A stretch of 64,000 bases of DNA, from assembly GCA_002104945.1 (NCBI GenBank), contig MCFH01000061.1:248001-312000 (forward strand). The letters run 5' to 3'. Origin of the DNA: Piromyces finnis finn (taxonomy: Eukaryota > Fungi > Neocallimastigomycota). Made by a program: the position numbers and the translations under genes. Positions 1 through 12,119 of the stretch are shown here, one piece after another (within the stretch, counting starts at the first letter, position 1; each line of letters opens with the position of its first letter). The notes under the pieces are model-generated. The model ran no database searches. It was not told the DNA's origin and worked only from the letters and a program-made list of their open reading frames with translations.

Positions 1-2306
1 CAACTTCAACTTCAAAAGCTTCATCATCAGAAATATATTCTACTTCGGTTGGTGTTGGTTCAACATCTGTAGAACTAGTTTGAGTTTCAATAAATGAATC
101 AGAATAAGATTCAGTTGGATCTTCAATTGAAGTGATTACTGATGTTTCAATAAAAGTTTCAGTTGCTTCTTCAATTGAAGTGCTTACTGATGTTTCAATA
201 AAAATTTCAGTTGGTTCTTCAATTAAAGTGATTACTGATGTTTCAATAAAAGTTTCAGTTTCAATAAAAGTTTCAGTTGGTTCTTCAATTGAAGTGCTTA
301 CTGATGTTTCAATAAAAGTTGAAGTTTCAATTGGGAAATAATCAAAATAATCCATAGTATCATAATCAGCATTATGAAGTTCTTCAACAACTTGATATTC
401 ATAATTCTTATCTAAATATGTTGAATCGCATTCTAATTGATAATAATTACAAACAAATCTGTATTTCATAAGAATCCAATACTTTAACCCATAAGAGATC
501 ATATCTGAATAACCATTTGTAAATTCAGAAAAAGCATCCCATTGTTCTAAAGAATAGTTTTTATTACCACTGTCAATATTAAAATGACCAGGATAGTTTC
601 CATTGGCATCTGGTGTCTTGTCTAATATAACATATGGTTTAATATACTCCTTTATTTCATCAATATGGGAATAAAGTGTTGATGGATTGAAAACTTTACT
701 AACAACTTCACCTAATATTTTTTCAAATCTAGCGGAATCAGTTGTTACAAATAACTCCAAGAGATGATTTCCTTCAGTAGTATAGTCATAAGATGAATAC
801 AAAAAATGACTAAATCCTTGTCCAAAATCATGATCAAAATCATGAGATAAATAAATCCATTTACCATTTGGCTGTTTATACATATAGTAATTATGATTAT
901 ATTGAATATGGTCGAAAGAACCTGTTAAATAATCAATTGCCATTTCATACAAGAAATGATCAATTTCAAAAATATCTTCAAGATCTGCAGCTGATTTAGC
1001 ATTTTCAACTGCTGTTAAAAAGTCAATCCATTCTGAATTATCGTTCATTTCTTCTTCATTTTCATTAGTACATCCATCATAATATTGTGGTAATAAATCC
1101 TCTATTTTATCACATTTATATAAATTTTTGGCATTTTTTTCACCATAAATTTTTTCAACCCATGATAACTTATAATCATCATTAAATGTATACAATCCCA
1201 TAAATTCATCATTAATATAAAGTTGAGCGTAGGTAGATGAAACGGATTTTAATCCTAAACGATTGTGAATATCTGAAATTAATTTTGTTCTCATAATAGT
1301 TGGATCATTACAATCAGCACGAAGTTTTAATTGAGTATATCCGTAAAGATCCTTTTTACCTCTAATTTTTATATTAAAACCTGGTTTTTGGAAGTATCTT
1401 GAGTAAGCTCCACCTAACTTGAGTGTTATTTTATCAAAGTTTTTTTGTTCTCTACAAATATATATAGTACAAAAAAATATATTATAATGAAAATAAATAT
1501 TAATTTCATACATTTTAATAAATCAAAAAATTTATTATTTAATTAATTAATATTAATAATATAATAATTTTATATTTGAATTATTGCTGAATTACCCGTC
1601 TAATTCAAAAATCATAGTAGCATTTTTTGTTTTGAATTCAGTTGTTGCTCTATTATCAGGGTTAAGAGTTGTACTACTTACTACGGAACGTAAAAGATTG
1701 GTATATTCTTCTTTCTTAGCAGCTGAGGTACTTAATGAGTTTATTGTATTGATAATATTATATAAAGGAAAATTCTTATTACTTGATAAAACATGCATCA
1801 TTTTTTCATTATCCTTTTTATAAATATTAATATGTTCCATATTATAATCAAATCCAGCTTTTATTTCATCTTCATCATAAGTAGAAAAACCATCATCTCC
1901 TACTTTTAATTCTGGAAGTATCTCATCAAAGTTATAACCTGGAAATATTTCTTTGAAATTTACTTTTTTGTAAAAAGTTACATAAATTTCGATATTATAT
2001 TTCATATTTTCCATGACAACATAATCATTATAATCATATTTAATATCAGCTTCATTTTTTAATATAATAAGTTCTTCATCAGGTATATAAATTTTTATAT
2101 TTGGCATTTTACTATCAGTAATTTCAAATAATTCACTTCTTTGACCTTTATCAATGAAGGTGGATAAAGTCAAAACATTGCAAACTATTTTATTATTGAA
2201 AAAAAAGAAAATGTTAAAACTAATATTATTATATTTAATAGTTATTTAAATATGATTTATCTATATACATACTACAGCAACATAATGCTATGAATAAATA
2301 TTTCAT
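1..2306 (-). CDS. cotH: CotH-family secreted protein kinase, copy 1 (3 exons; C-terminus runs off window start)
   Basis: Exons 2306-2273, 2184-1596 and 1451-<1 with GT..AG introns. Signal-like N-terminus MKYLFIALCCCICNVLTLS. Exon 3 reads KLGGAYSRYFQKPGFNIKIRG..MRTKLISDIHNRLG..YINDEFMGLY..HNYYMYKQPNGKWIYLSHDFDHDFG, followed by a T/E/S/P-rich tail. Exon 3 is missing from the ORF track because it has no stop inside the window. Confidence 0.9.
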
Positions 2307-3573
2307 TAACATTTTAACTTTTATAATTATATTTCTTTTTTTCTTTTTTTTTTTTTTGAGTTTTATTTAAACTAAAAAAAGTTTAATGTCTGAGAAAAAA
2401 AAAAAAAACTCTTTTTTTTATACTTTTTTTATTTTGTTTTAATTTGTTTTTTTTATAAATTAAAAATTTAATATTTTTTTCCTTTAATACCAATTTTTCC
2501 ATTTATTTAAAGTTTATTTTTAATTTAACTTTAACCAATTAAATCCTTAAAATAAATTATTATTATTATTATTATTAGGAGTTGGTTTTTATAATTATGT
2601 CAACTTTATTAATATATTTTATGATAAAGAACTACTTTACGTTACATTCTATTCAAACCACATTTACATTGTGGCTTAAAACATTTAATCAAATACAATG
2701 CATACAAATACGTTTCAATACATTTCAATATAATGTTTCACATATTCTAACAATTATTATTATAAGTTGCTTTTTTTTTTTTTTATTTACTAGTTGTGTA
2801 GCTGATCATCATCATCATCATCTCTCCTTTATAATATACACCTTTATTTTAATTACAAATAAAAAAAACAATTATTTACTTGAAGAAAAGATTTTAAAAA
2901 AAAAACTTTTAGTATTATTATTTTTATTATTATTTTATTAGTATTTTATTAGTATTAAAAAAAATAAATATTTTTTATTTAATAATTTAAATTTGATTAC
3001 ATTAATAATTTTGTTTACATTACATTATTTTACATTATTGCTATAATGTATTTAATTTATTTTTTTAAATCATAAATCAATTCTTTATGGCAATGTGACT
3101 CAACTAATTTATGGAAAATCAAGTTCTATATCACATGATTTTATGTACTTTTTGGATATTTAGGGTTTTATTATAAAGTATTTTCTTATCATTTTATTAT
3201 ATTATAGACTAACTAAAAATAATGAATTTTTAATATTATATTTTTTTCTAGCTTATTAATATTAATAGAACTTAATTATTAAGTTATAATATTAGGATTA
3301 AAACATACATTTATCTTATTATATCTATATTTTCACTCCTCATTTTAAAAATAATATTTATTATTTAACAAGGATAAAATGTAATTTTTTTTTATATCAT
3401 TTGAAAGTAATATAATCAACAGATATTTCTAAATACATAATAATAATTTAAAAATATAAAAATAAAAATATTATATTATTAAATTTATTATATATTTTTA
3501 TAAGGTAGTATAATACAAAATAAGTAAGTTCTTTAGATATATCTTCCTATTGATTACTAAATTATACTATTTA

Positions 3574-3790
3574 TTTTCTATAATTCTAATCAATTAAAAA
3601 AAATAAAGTTATTATTGATTTTCTATAATTCTAATCAATTAAAAAAAATAAAGTTATTATTGATTTTCTATAATTCTAATCAATTAAAAAAAATAAAGTT
3701 ATTATTGATTTTCTATAATTCTAATCAATTAAAAAAAAATAAAGTTATTATTGATTTTCTATAATTCTAATCAATTAAAAAAAAATAAAG
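3574..3790. repeat. 45-bp minisatellite, about 4.8 copies
   Basis: Unit ttttctataattctaatcaattaaaaaaaataaagttattattga repeated head-to-tail; copies differ only in A-run length. Confidence 0.95.
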
Positions 3791-4662
3791 CTTTTAAATA
3801 AACAATATTTTTCTACATATCGATGAAATCAAAATTATTATCATAATTAATAATTAGTTATGAATTTGAACTAATTTGCAAATAAAAAATACAATAAGCT
3901 ATAAAAATAGAAATTCAAGTTTATTAATTTTAATATTACAGTCAAAGAAATAAGTAAAAGTTAATAATATTAAAATATATATTAAATATATTAAATATTC
4001 CATTTTTTTTTGCTAACTTTTATAACATTATTATTCATTATTATATATATTAATAATATTTTTATTTATTATGCTTCAACATAATATCAATATTTTTTTT
4101 ATTATTTTTTTTTCTTTTTTTTTTTTTTACAGAATTTTACAATTTGTAAAAATAAAAGTTTTATTTTTTAACTTGTTCATAATAATTCTGTTTTTTTTTT
4201 TTTTATATAATAATTTAATAATTAAAATTTATTGGATAAAATCAAATTTTAATTAAAAAACTTAACCATGCATTCTAATTATTATTTTTAATTTTTTTTT
4301 AATTTACTAAACCTTACCTTTCATTCTTTTTTTCTTTTCTTTTTTTTTTTTTTACTTAATATTATTTATTTAGTTATTTAGTTATTTTAAAAACTTTTAA
4401 AAAAGTATAAATAAACAAAAAAAATTCATTTCTTTTTTTTTTTTTATTCATCAATATATTTTATATATTTTATTAATTATAAAAATTTATTTAAAATATT
4501 TTTCAATGATTTATCAATCTATTTTAAATTTATATTCAGTAAATTTAATCTACATTATATATCATTTTCATTATTTAATAAATTAATACGTTTTTTTTTT
4601 AAATTTGAGTTTAATATTATAAAACAAAATTAAAAAGTTATTTAAATTTTAAAAGGAAAAAA

Positions 4663-7089
4663 ATGACCCTTAATAAGTGTTTTGCTATTGATTACAGTGG
4701 TTCAACTTGGAATGATACATTTTATCACTCAAATGTTCTTTCTATTTTAAAGGCAAAATTTAATGAAGGAGATGAAATTATTATTTGGGATACTGAATCA
4801 AAGTTTGTTACATGGGATGAATATATGGAAATCAACAGTACAAAGGATGGTAATGGAGGAACCGATCCAAAGTGTTTATTTAATTCAGTGTTTTCAAAAC
4901 ATCAAAAGGCTACTTATTCTGAATTTATTTTAATTTCCGATGGAATGGTTTATGACCGTGATGTGGAACAACTTGATGAAACTATCAAAAGACATGCTGA
5001 CGATTTCAAATGTAATTATACAGAAGTTTATTTATTAGGAAACGGTGCTAATCTAAGTATTGCTTGTCCTTTCACCCGTTTTAATGCAAGTAGGACGATT
5101 GTTAAGAATTTAAATAGTGAAGACCAAATCATTGATGTTTCCGATGAAGATTTAAAAACTATTGATCAAATTGACACCATCAATACAATGGAAGAGTTTG
5201 ATTTAATGTTTCCATCTTTGGAAAAGGCATTTATTGCTAGATGCTTAGGTACAGATGGAGATAAGGAATTAAGAAGGTCAGTTTTATTAATGCAAAAGAG
5301 AATTAATTCTAATAACGCCAAAAAGACCGAGAATAAGAATGAAAGAATTAATACACTAGTTATGCAAGATAAGAATTATGAAGAAGCAAAGACAGAAGCT
5401 ATAAAGTGTTTTACCTCTGTATTAAGTGGTGATTTCCAATCCAAGATAAATTCATTAATTCGTATGAGTGATGGTGGATTAAAGCAAGTGTTCGATATTA
5501 ACAAGTTACAAACATTTAGGGCATTTACTGCAAATACCACCCAGGTCAATGAAGTTGAAGATATTCAAGATTTAAATATAGAATCATCGGTGGGTAATTC
5601 TCAATGGGAATGTCCAATTTCCATTGATTATGAAACGGATCCAATGATTCTTATCACTGTTGATGAAAATGATGAAAATGAGGAACAAAAGCCAGTTCTT
5701 TTCGGATTTGACAAAAGGATGACAGAGTATATGCTTAATTGTCCATTAAATGCATTGTATATTGATGAATTTGTTACCAAGTTCAAAGCATACATTGATC
5801 ATTCAATTTCTTTAAAGAACTATCGTGCTTCCTTACAATCTTCAAATCCAATCGTAAAGTCACCATTCACTCGTAGAACCATTATTGGTGCCATTCCATT
5901 AGGAGAAAACGATGAACATGTCAAGTCTGCAAATTGGTCATTAATGAAGATTATTACAGGAGGAAAGCATTTAGGAGATATTCATTTATGGTTTTTCGTT
6001 TTATATATATTAATAAAAACAAATCAAATTCCTTACTTGAAGGATATTGAACCATTTATTGAAGCTCAAGTCAAGTACCGTTTCTCTCATTTTACTACTT
6101 CGATTTCTTTAAGTGGTTTGTCCAATTTACCACAAACTAGAGTATTCTATCCAACAGCAGCTTGGACTTGTTTAATTTCTCCATTCTTGATTCCAAAGAT
6201 TCCTTCAAATTTAAATTTACTCTATACTCACTTGAGTCACTACAAGGATTTATTACAAATTTTAGCGTTGTATGCTATTGAATTACCAAACGAATTTCAG
6301 CCATTTGTTCATCGTCTTGAAATTTTAGCCCATCTTTTATCGTACTTTAAGAAGAATCCAAAATTATTAGACGTCTACAAGAATGGCCTTCAAAACGCTA
6401 CACTTTTCATTAACGTTGACGAAAATTCACCAATGTCTTCAGGTGGTGTATGCGGTGATTTATTTATTCCAATTGATGGTGAAATCAAGGATGAAAATAG
6501 AATGAGATGCGTTCAGAGTCTGTCTACTGTATGCTATAATGCAGTTCAAGACGGTAGAATTAGTTTAGATGAATTAGCATGGCTTATTGATTTTGTTGAT
6601 GTTCAAAAAAGTTTAACAGATATTAATATTTTGCCATTGATTCAAGGAAAGCCAAGTGGAAGTGATAATGCAACATCCGCAATTCATGAATTTTGGAAGG
6701 AATGGGATGCTAATATTGACAAGTTCAATGTCAAGATTAGTGAAAACACTTGTAGACCATATTATTATGTCAAGGAAGGAGTTACATGGTTAGAAGAATT
6801 AAGTACTATTCTTGATACCACTCGTCCAATTTTATCGTTAGATAAGCATTTTGGTAATTTTGTTGATACCTATGGTAGATATCCAAGTCGAAATGAATAT
6901 ATATTATATTTATATCGTAAAATATGTTTAGGTAGTAAAACTTCAACCACATTACCAAGAAATATTTTAAAGTTCACCGATCAAGTATTTGCACGTTTTA
7001 ATCCTATTATGAACAAGTATACTCCTGAAACTTTTATTAGAATCTTTCAAGATAATGCATCAATTAATACTAGGATTAATAATGAATAA
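4663..7089 (+). CDS. Intronless 808-aa vWA (MIDAS) domain protein of unknown function, copy 1
   Basis: Long open ORF in very AT-rich DNA. N-terminal DYSGS (DxSxS), GGT and ISDG match a complete MIDAS motif. No signal peptide seen. Paralog at 25124-27544. Confidence 0.85.
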   Translation: MTLNKCFAIDYSGSTWNDTFYHSNVLSILKAKFNEGDEIIIWDTESKFVTWDEYMEINSTKDGNGGTDPKCLFNSVFSKHQKATYSEFILISDGMVYDRDVEQLDETIKRHADDFKCNYTEVYLLGNGANLSIACPFTRFNASRTIVKNLNSEDQIIDVSDEDLKTIDQIDTINTMEEFDLMFPSLEKAFIARCLGTDGDKELRRSVLLMQKRINSNNAKKTENKNERINTLVMQDKNYEEAKTEAIKCFTSVLSGDFQSKINSLIRMSDGGLKQVFDINKLQTFRAFTANTTQVNEVEDIQDLNIESSVGNSQWECPISIDYETDPMILITVDENDENEEQKPVLFGFDKRMTEYMLNCPLNALYIDEFVTKFKAYIDHSISLKNYRASLQSSNPIVKSPFTRRTIIGAIPLGENDEHVKSANWSLMKIITGGKHLGDIHLWFFVLYILIKTNQIPYLKDIEPFIEAQVKYRFSHFTTSISLSGLSNLPQTRVFYPTAAWTCLISPFLIPKIPSNLNLLYTHLSHYKDLLQILALYAIELPNEFQPFVHRLEILAHLLSYFKKNPKLLDVYKNGLQNATLFINVDENSPMSSGGVCGDLFIPIDGEIKDENRMRCVQSLSTVCYNAVQDGRISLDELAWLIDFVDVQKSLTDINILPLIQGKPSGSDNATSAIHEFWKEWDANIDKFNVKISENTCRPYYYVKEGVTWLEELSTILDTTRPILSLDKHFGNFVDTYGRYPSRNEYILYLYRKICLGSKTSTTLPRNILKFTDQVFARFNPIMNKYTPETFIRIFQDNASINTRINNE

Positions 7090-8016
7090 AAAAGAAAAAA
7101 AGTTGATTATATAAAATTTTTTTTTGAATTACCATTATAATGTATATTTTATTTTTATTCCTTTCCTATAAAATATTCATAACAAATGAATATTTAATGT
7201 AATTGTTATTCATTATTTAAGTTTAACTTTATATAGATAAAATTTAATATATATTATATTATTTTTATTATTATAATATTATTATTATATAGCTATTATA
7301 AATATTATAAATATACTTTTTTTGGATATATATATATATTTTTATTTTTATTCATTATTTTTTTGTTTAGTTTTCAATATAAACTCTTTATATATTAGTA
7401 AAATTTAATAAATATTAGTATATATTAAAAACCAATTTTATATAAGCAGAGATCTTTATATTTACTTTTGTGTTCTTTTTATGTATTTAACTCAACATCT
7501 CTATTAATTAATATAGTATGATTTATAATATATAAAATATTATGTCAATTGAAAATAATAAAAAAAAAAAGAGTATCTAGTAATTTTTTAATCTATATAA
7601 TAATTAATTATTTTTTCTTAAAAAAAAAAAGAAATTATTTATCTTCCAACACTTATTATTATATAATATATTAATTCTTATTTCTTCGTACAATAAACAA
7701 ATATTATTAAGGAAAAATAACGAATATAAATTTTTTATTTTATTTAATAAATTTTTAAATATTAATAATTTTTTATTGATATTGATAAGAGTATTGTGCT
7801 GATATAAATATAATCAATAATAAAATATATTTTATGTATTTTATAATAACATAAATAATATTATATTGAAATAAATATTATATATATTATAAATTGTTAT
7901 AAATATTGTGTGTATATAAATATAAATGCGTTGATAATAAAATTTAAAGAGTTGAAATAAAATGTTCATTTCAACAAAGATATACAAAGAGATTGTATCA
8001 TTTTAATAAAATAGTA

Positions 8017-10454
8017 TTATATATCTGGGCAAAATCCATATTTATTTTGGCATTTGTTAATGGAACAGTAAGCCGAGGTTGTTCCACAGTAGCCTTTGTT
8101 ACTACAGCATTTGTTATCGGAACAGGTTCCATAACTTTCTCCACATTTGCAACTACCATAGTTAGATTGACATCCACTAGATGATGCACAATAAGCTTTG
8201 GTTCTTCCACAATATCCTTTCTTACTACAGCATTGTCCGTCTGAACATAATCCATAGTTTTCACCACATTTACAACTACCATAGTTAGATTGACATCCGT
8301 TGGAAGAATAACAGTAAGATTTAGTTTTTCCACAATATCCCTTTTTACTACAACATAAACCATCTGAACACATTCCATAATCCTCACCACATTTACAAGT
8401 ACCGAATTCAGATTGACATCCATTAGAAGCAGCACAATGAGCATCGGATACTCCACAATAACCATGTTTACTGCAACATTTACCAGAAGGACAACTACCA
8501 AAGACACCTCCACATCTTCTTGCAGCTTCACATTTATTACCATAGTTATATTCTGAATGACTATATAATATGTTTTTATATAAGCAAAAAAACATTATGA
8601 TGTGTTATAAAATAAATATAAATATATTAATATTTTACTTTTTATTAAAATAATCTACACAATAAATAGATAAATAAATAAATCAATAATTACTTTATTT
8701 TTTGAATTTCAGCTGGAAGAGTATCAATACAATTTTTATCAATTCCTCTATAAATTTAAAAATATTATATTTAATAATTAGTATATTTCATTCAAATGAA
8801 ATAATAATGGCAGTCAGTTAAATTTTAATATTTACAAATATATAAGATTTTCTAAATTTCCAATTTCAGCTGGGACTTCCTTTATTCTGTTATCTGAAAA
8901 ATCTCTAAACACATTATTTAATTATATAAAATAAATAAAGAGATATATTTATTAAATTAAAAATTTAATAAAAAATCATATACATATGATAACAAAGAAT
9001 CTATATATATACATACAAAAATATGAGATTTTTAAGATTAGCAATTTCTGATGGAATTGTGGATAATACATTACTTTGTAAATATCTATTAACATAGTTT
9101 TAATAATTAAAGAATTAATTTTTTTGATCTTATATGTATATAGTACAATATATTTTTTTACTTACAATTGTTCAAGATTGGTAATATTTCCAATGGAATT
9201 TGGAATTTCAGTTATTTCATTATTATATAAAAGTCTATAATAAAAATTTAAATTTATAAATGTGTTAAAAAAAGCTATTTTATATATTGCTATTGGTAAG
9301 TTTATCGTTTTACTAACAAATATAAAAGATTCTTAAGATCACCAATAGTTGAAGCAATTGTAGATATTTTATTATTAAATAAATATCTATATTTTATAAA
9401 TATATATTTATATTTTAAATTTGTGAATAAATTTATATATATTATATTATATCATATAATGCTATTATTATTATAAATTTTATTCTTATTAAATTACAAT
9501 TTATTAAGACTTTGAAGATTTTTAATTTCAGGTGGAATGGAGGTTACTACATTGTTAGATAAATCTCTATAAATTGTATAAAATACATTATTTTATTATT
9601 TTATTTATATAGATGAATTTTCAATATTATTTGTTAATATTTAATATATTATATTTACAAAAAGTTAAGATTTTTAAGTTGGCAGATGTCTGATGAAATG
9701 GTAGTTAATGTATTATTATTTAATTGTCTATAGTAATTATTTTAATTAATGTTAGTATTATTATAAATATGTAAATAAATATATAAAATATTAATTATAT
9801 TATATATTATATATATAATATCTTAATTTCGTACAATGTTAAAAGATGTTCAAGATTTCCAATTTCTGGAGAAATTTTAGTTAACATATTCCTTGATACA
9901 TCTCTATAAATATATAATTTTATTATCATTAATAACTATTAATTTTAATAATCTATATTTAATATTTATATTATTAATTATTTGTTAATTTACAATGTTT
10001 CAAGGTTCTTAAGTTTTTCAATATCTGAAGGAATTTCAGTTAATTTATTATCATATAAATTTCTATTAATATTAAATATTAATAGAGATAAATAGAAAAT
10101 TAAAAAATTATTATACTTATCATAAATATGATTTAAATAAATATATAATTTTATACGAACAAGAAAGTTAAAGAGGTTATTTTATATACAAATTTTGGTA
10201 TTTCTGTTAAATCTTGATAATTTATATACCTTTTTTTAATTAAATAAAATAAAATAATTTATATTAATGGTTTTTTTTATATTTATAATTTTATATTATT
10301 TAATATATGATATATACAATTTTGAAGCATTTTTATATTTATTGTCTTCACAACTAGTAACAAGATTTCCTAATTTTTGTTTAACTTCTTTACATGAATA
10401 ACCAAAAGTTATTGAAATTAATAACCCCAAAATCAAAATAGATTTTAATATCAT
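8017..10454 (-). CDS. Secreted LRR + 4xCBM18 (hevein-type chitin-binding) protein, copy 1; 12 exons, about 451 aa
   Basis: Exon 1 is 10454-10318 (MILKSILILGLLISITFGYSC...). Nine 69-nt LRR exons: 10229-10161, 10062-9994, 9903-9835, 9727-9659, 9566-9498, 9386-9318, 9234-9166, 9085-9017, 8904-8836. A 54-nt partial LRR exon at 8747-8694, then the CBM exon 8560-8017 with four CxxxxGxCxxxxCCSxxGYCG...C repeats. All junctions are AG/GT and join in frame. Confidence 0.9.
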
Positions 10455-11111
10455 TTTATTTTTGTCCTGTATTTTTTGCTTTATTTTAAAAAGTTAATAC
10501 AATTATTATAGATTTTAAAATAAAAAATTGTAAATTTTCTTTGTTTTATTTCTTTAGATAAAAAGTATAATTGAAACTTGGTCTAATTGAAAAATGAAGG
10601 AAAAGTGAAAAGTCATTCTATTTATACTTTTTATTGAAAATAAACTTTTTATTACTTAATTAAAATAAATTAGAATTAAATAACATGATATCTGAAACTA
10701 TTTAAATATAATATTTAATTATAATATTTAATTATAATATTTAATTACCATTATTACTACTACTATTATAATTATTATTATTATTATTATTATTATTATT
10801 TACACTTGTTCATATATTAACAAATATATTAATGAAAATATTTAAATTGAAATAATTAAAAGAATTTCTTTATCAAATAGAATTTCTTCAAAATTAAAGA
10901 AATCTCTTAATTTATCTTTCTGAAATCTTATTGGTTCTAGTCTTCAAAGAATGACGTTTATCTTTTATTGATTTTCTATGAAGAGTTTATTTGTATTATA
11001 TTAAAATATATATATTATTTTTTATTATGTATAATCCAATTATAAATTAATTTAATTTTATATATAGAAAAAAGATAAAGTCTTGATAATTTTTTTTTCT
11101 ATTACTCATCC

Positions 11112-11115
<4 letters not shown>

Positions 11116-11162
<47 letters not shown>

Positions 11163-11164
11163 TA

Positions 11165-11201
<37 letters not shown>

Positions 11202-11203
11202 TA

Positions 11204-11258
<55 letters not shown>

Positions 11259-11260
11259 TA

Positions 11261-11294
<34 letters not shown>

Positions 11295-11296
11295 TA

Positions 11297-11342
<46 letters not shown>

Positions 11343-11344
11343 TA

Positions 11345-11389
<45 letters not shown>

Positions 11390-11413
11390 GTTGTTGTTGT
11401 TGTTGTTGTTGTT
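11116..11413. repeat. (ATT)n microsatellite with CTA interruptions, ending in (GTT)n
   Basis: Read directly. It produces the spurious poly-Ile and poly-Tyr ORFs. Confidence 0.97.
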
Positions 11414-12119
11414 TCAAAAGACAATATTATATTTATAAAAAAGTATTATTTCTATTTGCTTAAATAATCACAAGTTTAGTGATGAACAAATTTAAACTTT
11501 TATAACGTTTTTACTATTTATAATGAAAAAATAAGTTATTTAATAAGGCTTTAAAGAAAAAAGAATTGAATGTAACTTTTTTCAAAATTTAAATTAATAG
11601 AAAAAAAAAAAGATGGCTTGAACTTTTTTATTTAATCATTTTTAATATTAAACTGTTATCCCATTAATATTCATTTGATCTTATTTGAATTATTATTAAT
11701 TAAATTACTATTTAAATAATAATTCATATTTAAAGAATTAGAATTATCATCTTTTTTTAACATCATTACTATGACTATTACTATTTTTATCTTTTTAACA
11801 TTATTATTATTACTATAATATTTATAATTTTTATATTGCTAAGTAAATGAACTATAAATGTAAATAACCTATTATTTGATAACACGAGAAAAATAATACA
11901 TATATAATTTAAAAACTTTATATATTCTTTATTGAAATGTATATAAATACTGAATACATGAAATCAATGTCTAATACAATTTTAATTATAATGATAAAGA
12001 TGTTTGAAATAAATAAATGTTATTGTTATTAATAAAATTTAAAGAGTTGAAATAAAATGTTCATTTCAACAAAGATATACAAAGATACAAAGAGATTGTA
12101 TCATTTTAATAAAATAGTA

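Noticed and set aside
132-341. Short antisense or shifted ORFs over CotH tails (also 21999-22620)
   Set aside because: Shadows of the repetitive T/E/S/P-coding region.
3574-3790. Possible CRISPR array (palindromic repeats)
   Set aside because: Units abut with no unique spacers, the host is eukaryotic, and no cas genes are present.
7998-8543. V/N-rich 181-aa ORFs (also 12101-12646 and 39176-39721)
   Set aside because: Alternate frame of the Cys-rich CBM18 exon; the CBM frame has the domain motifs and the splice connection.
11047-11463. Poly-Ile and poly-Tyr ORFs
   Set aside because: Translations of the (ATT)n microsatellite.
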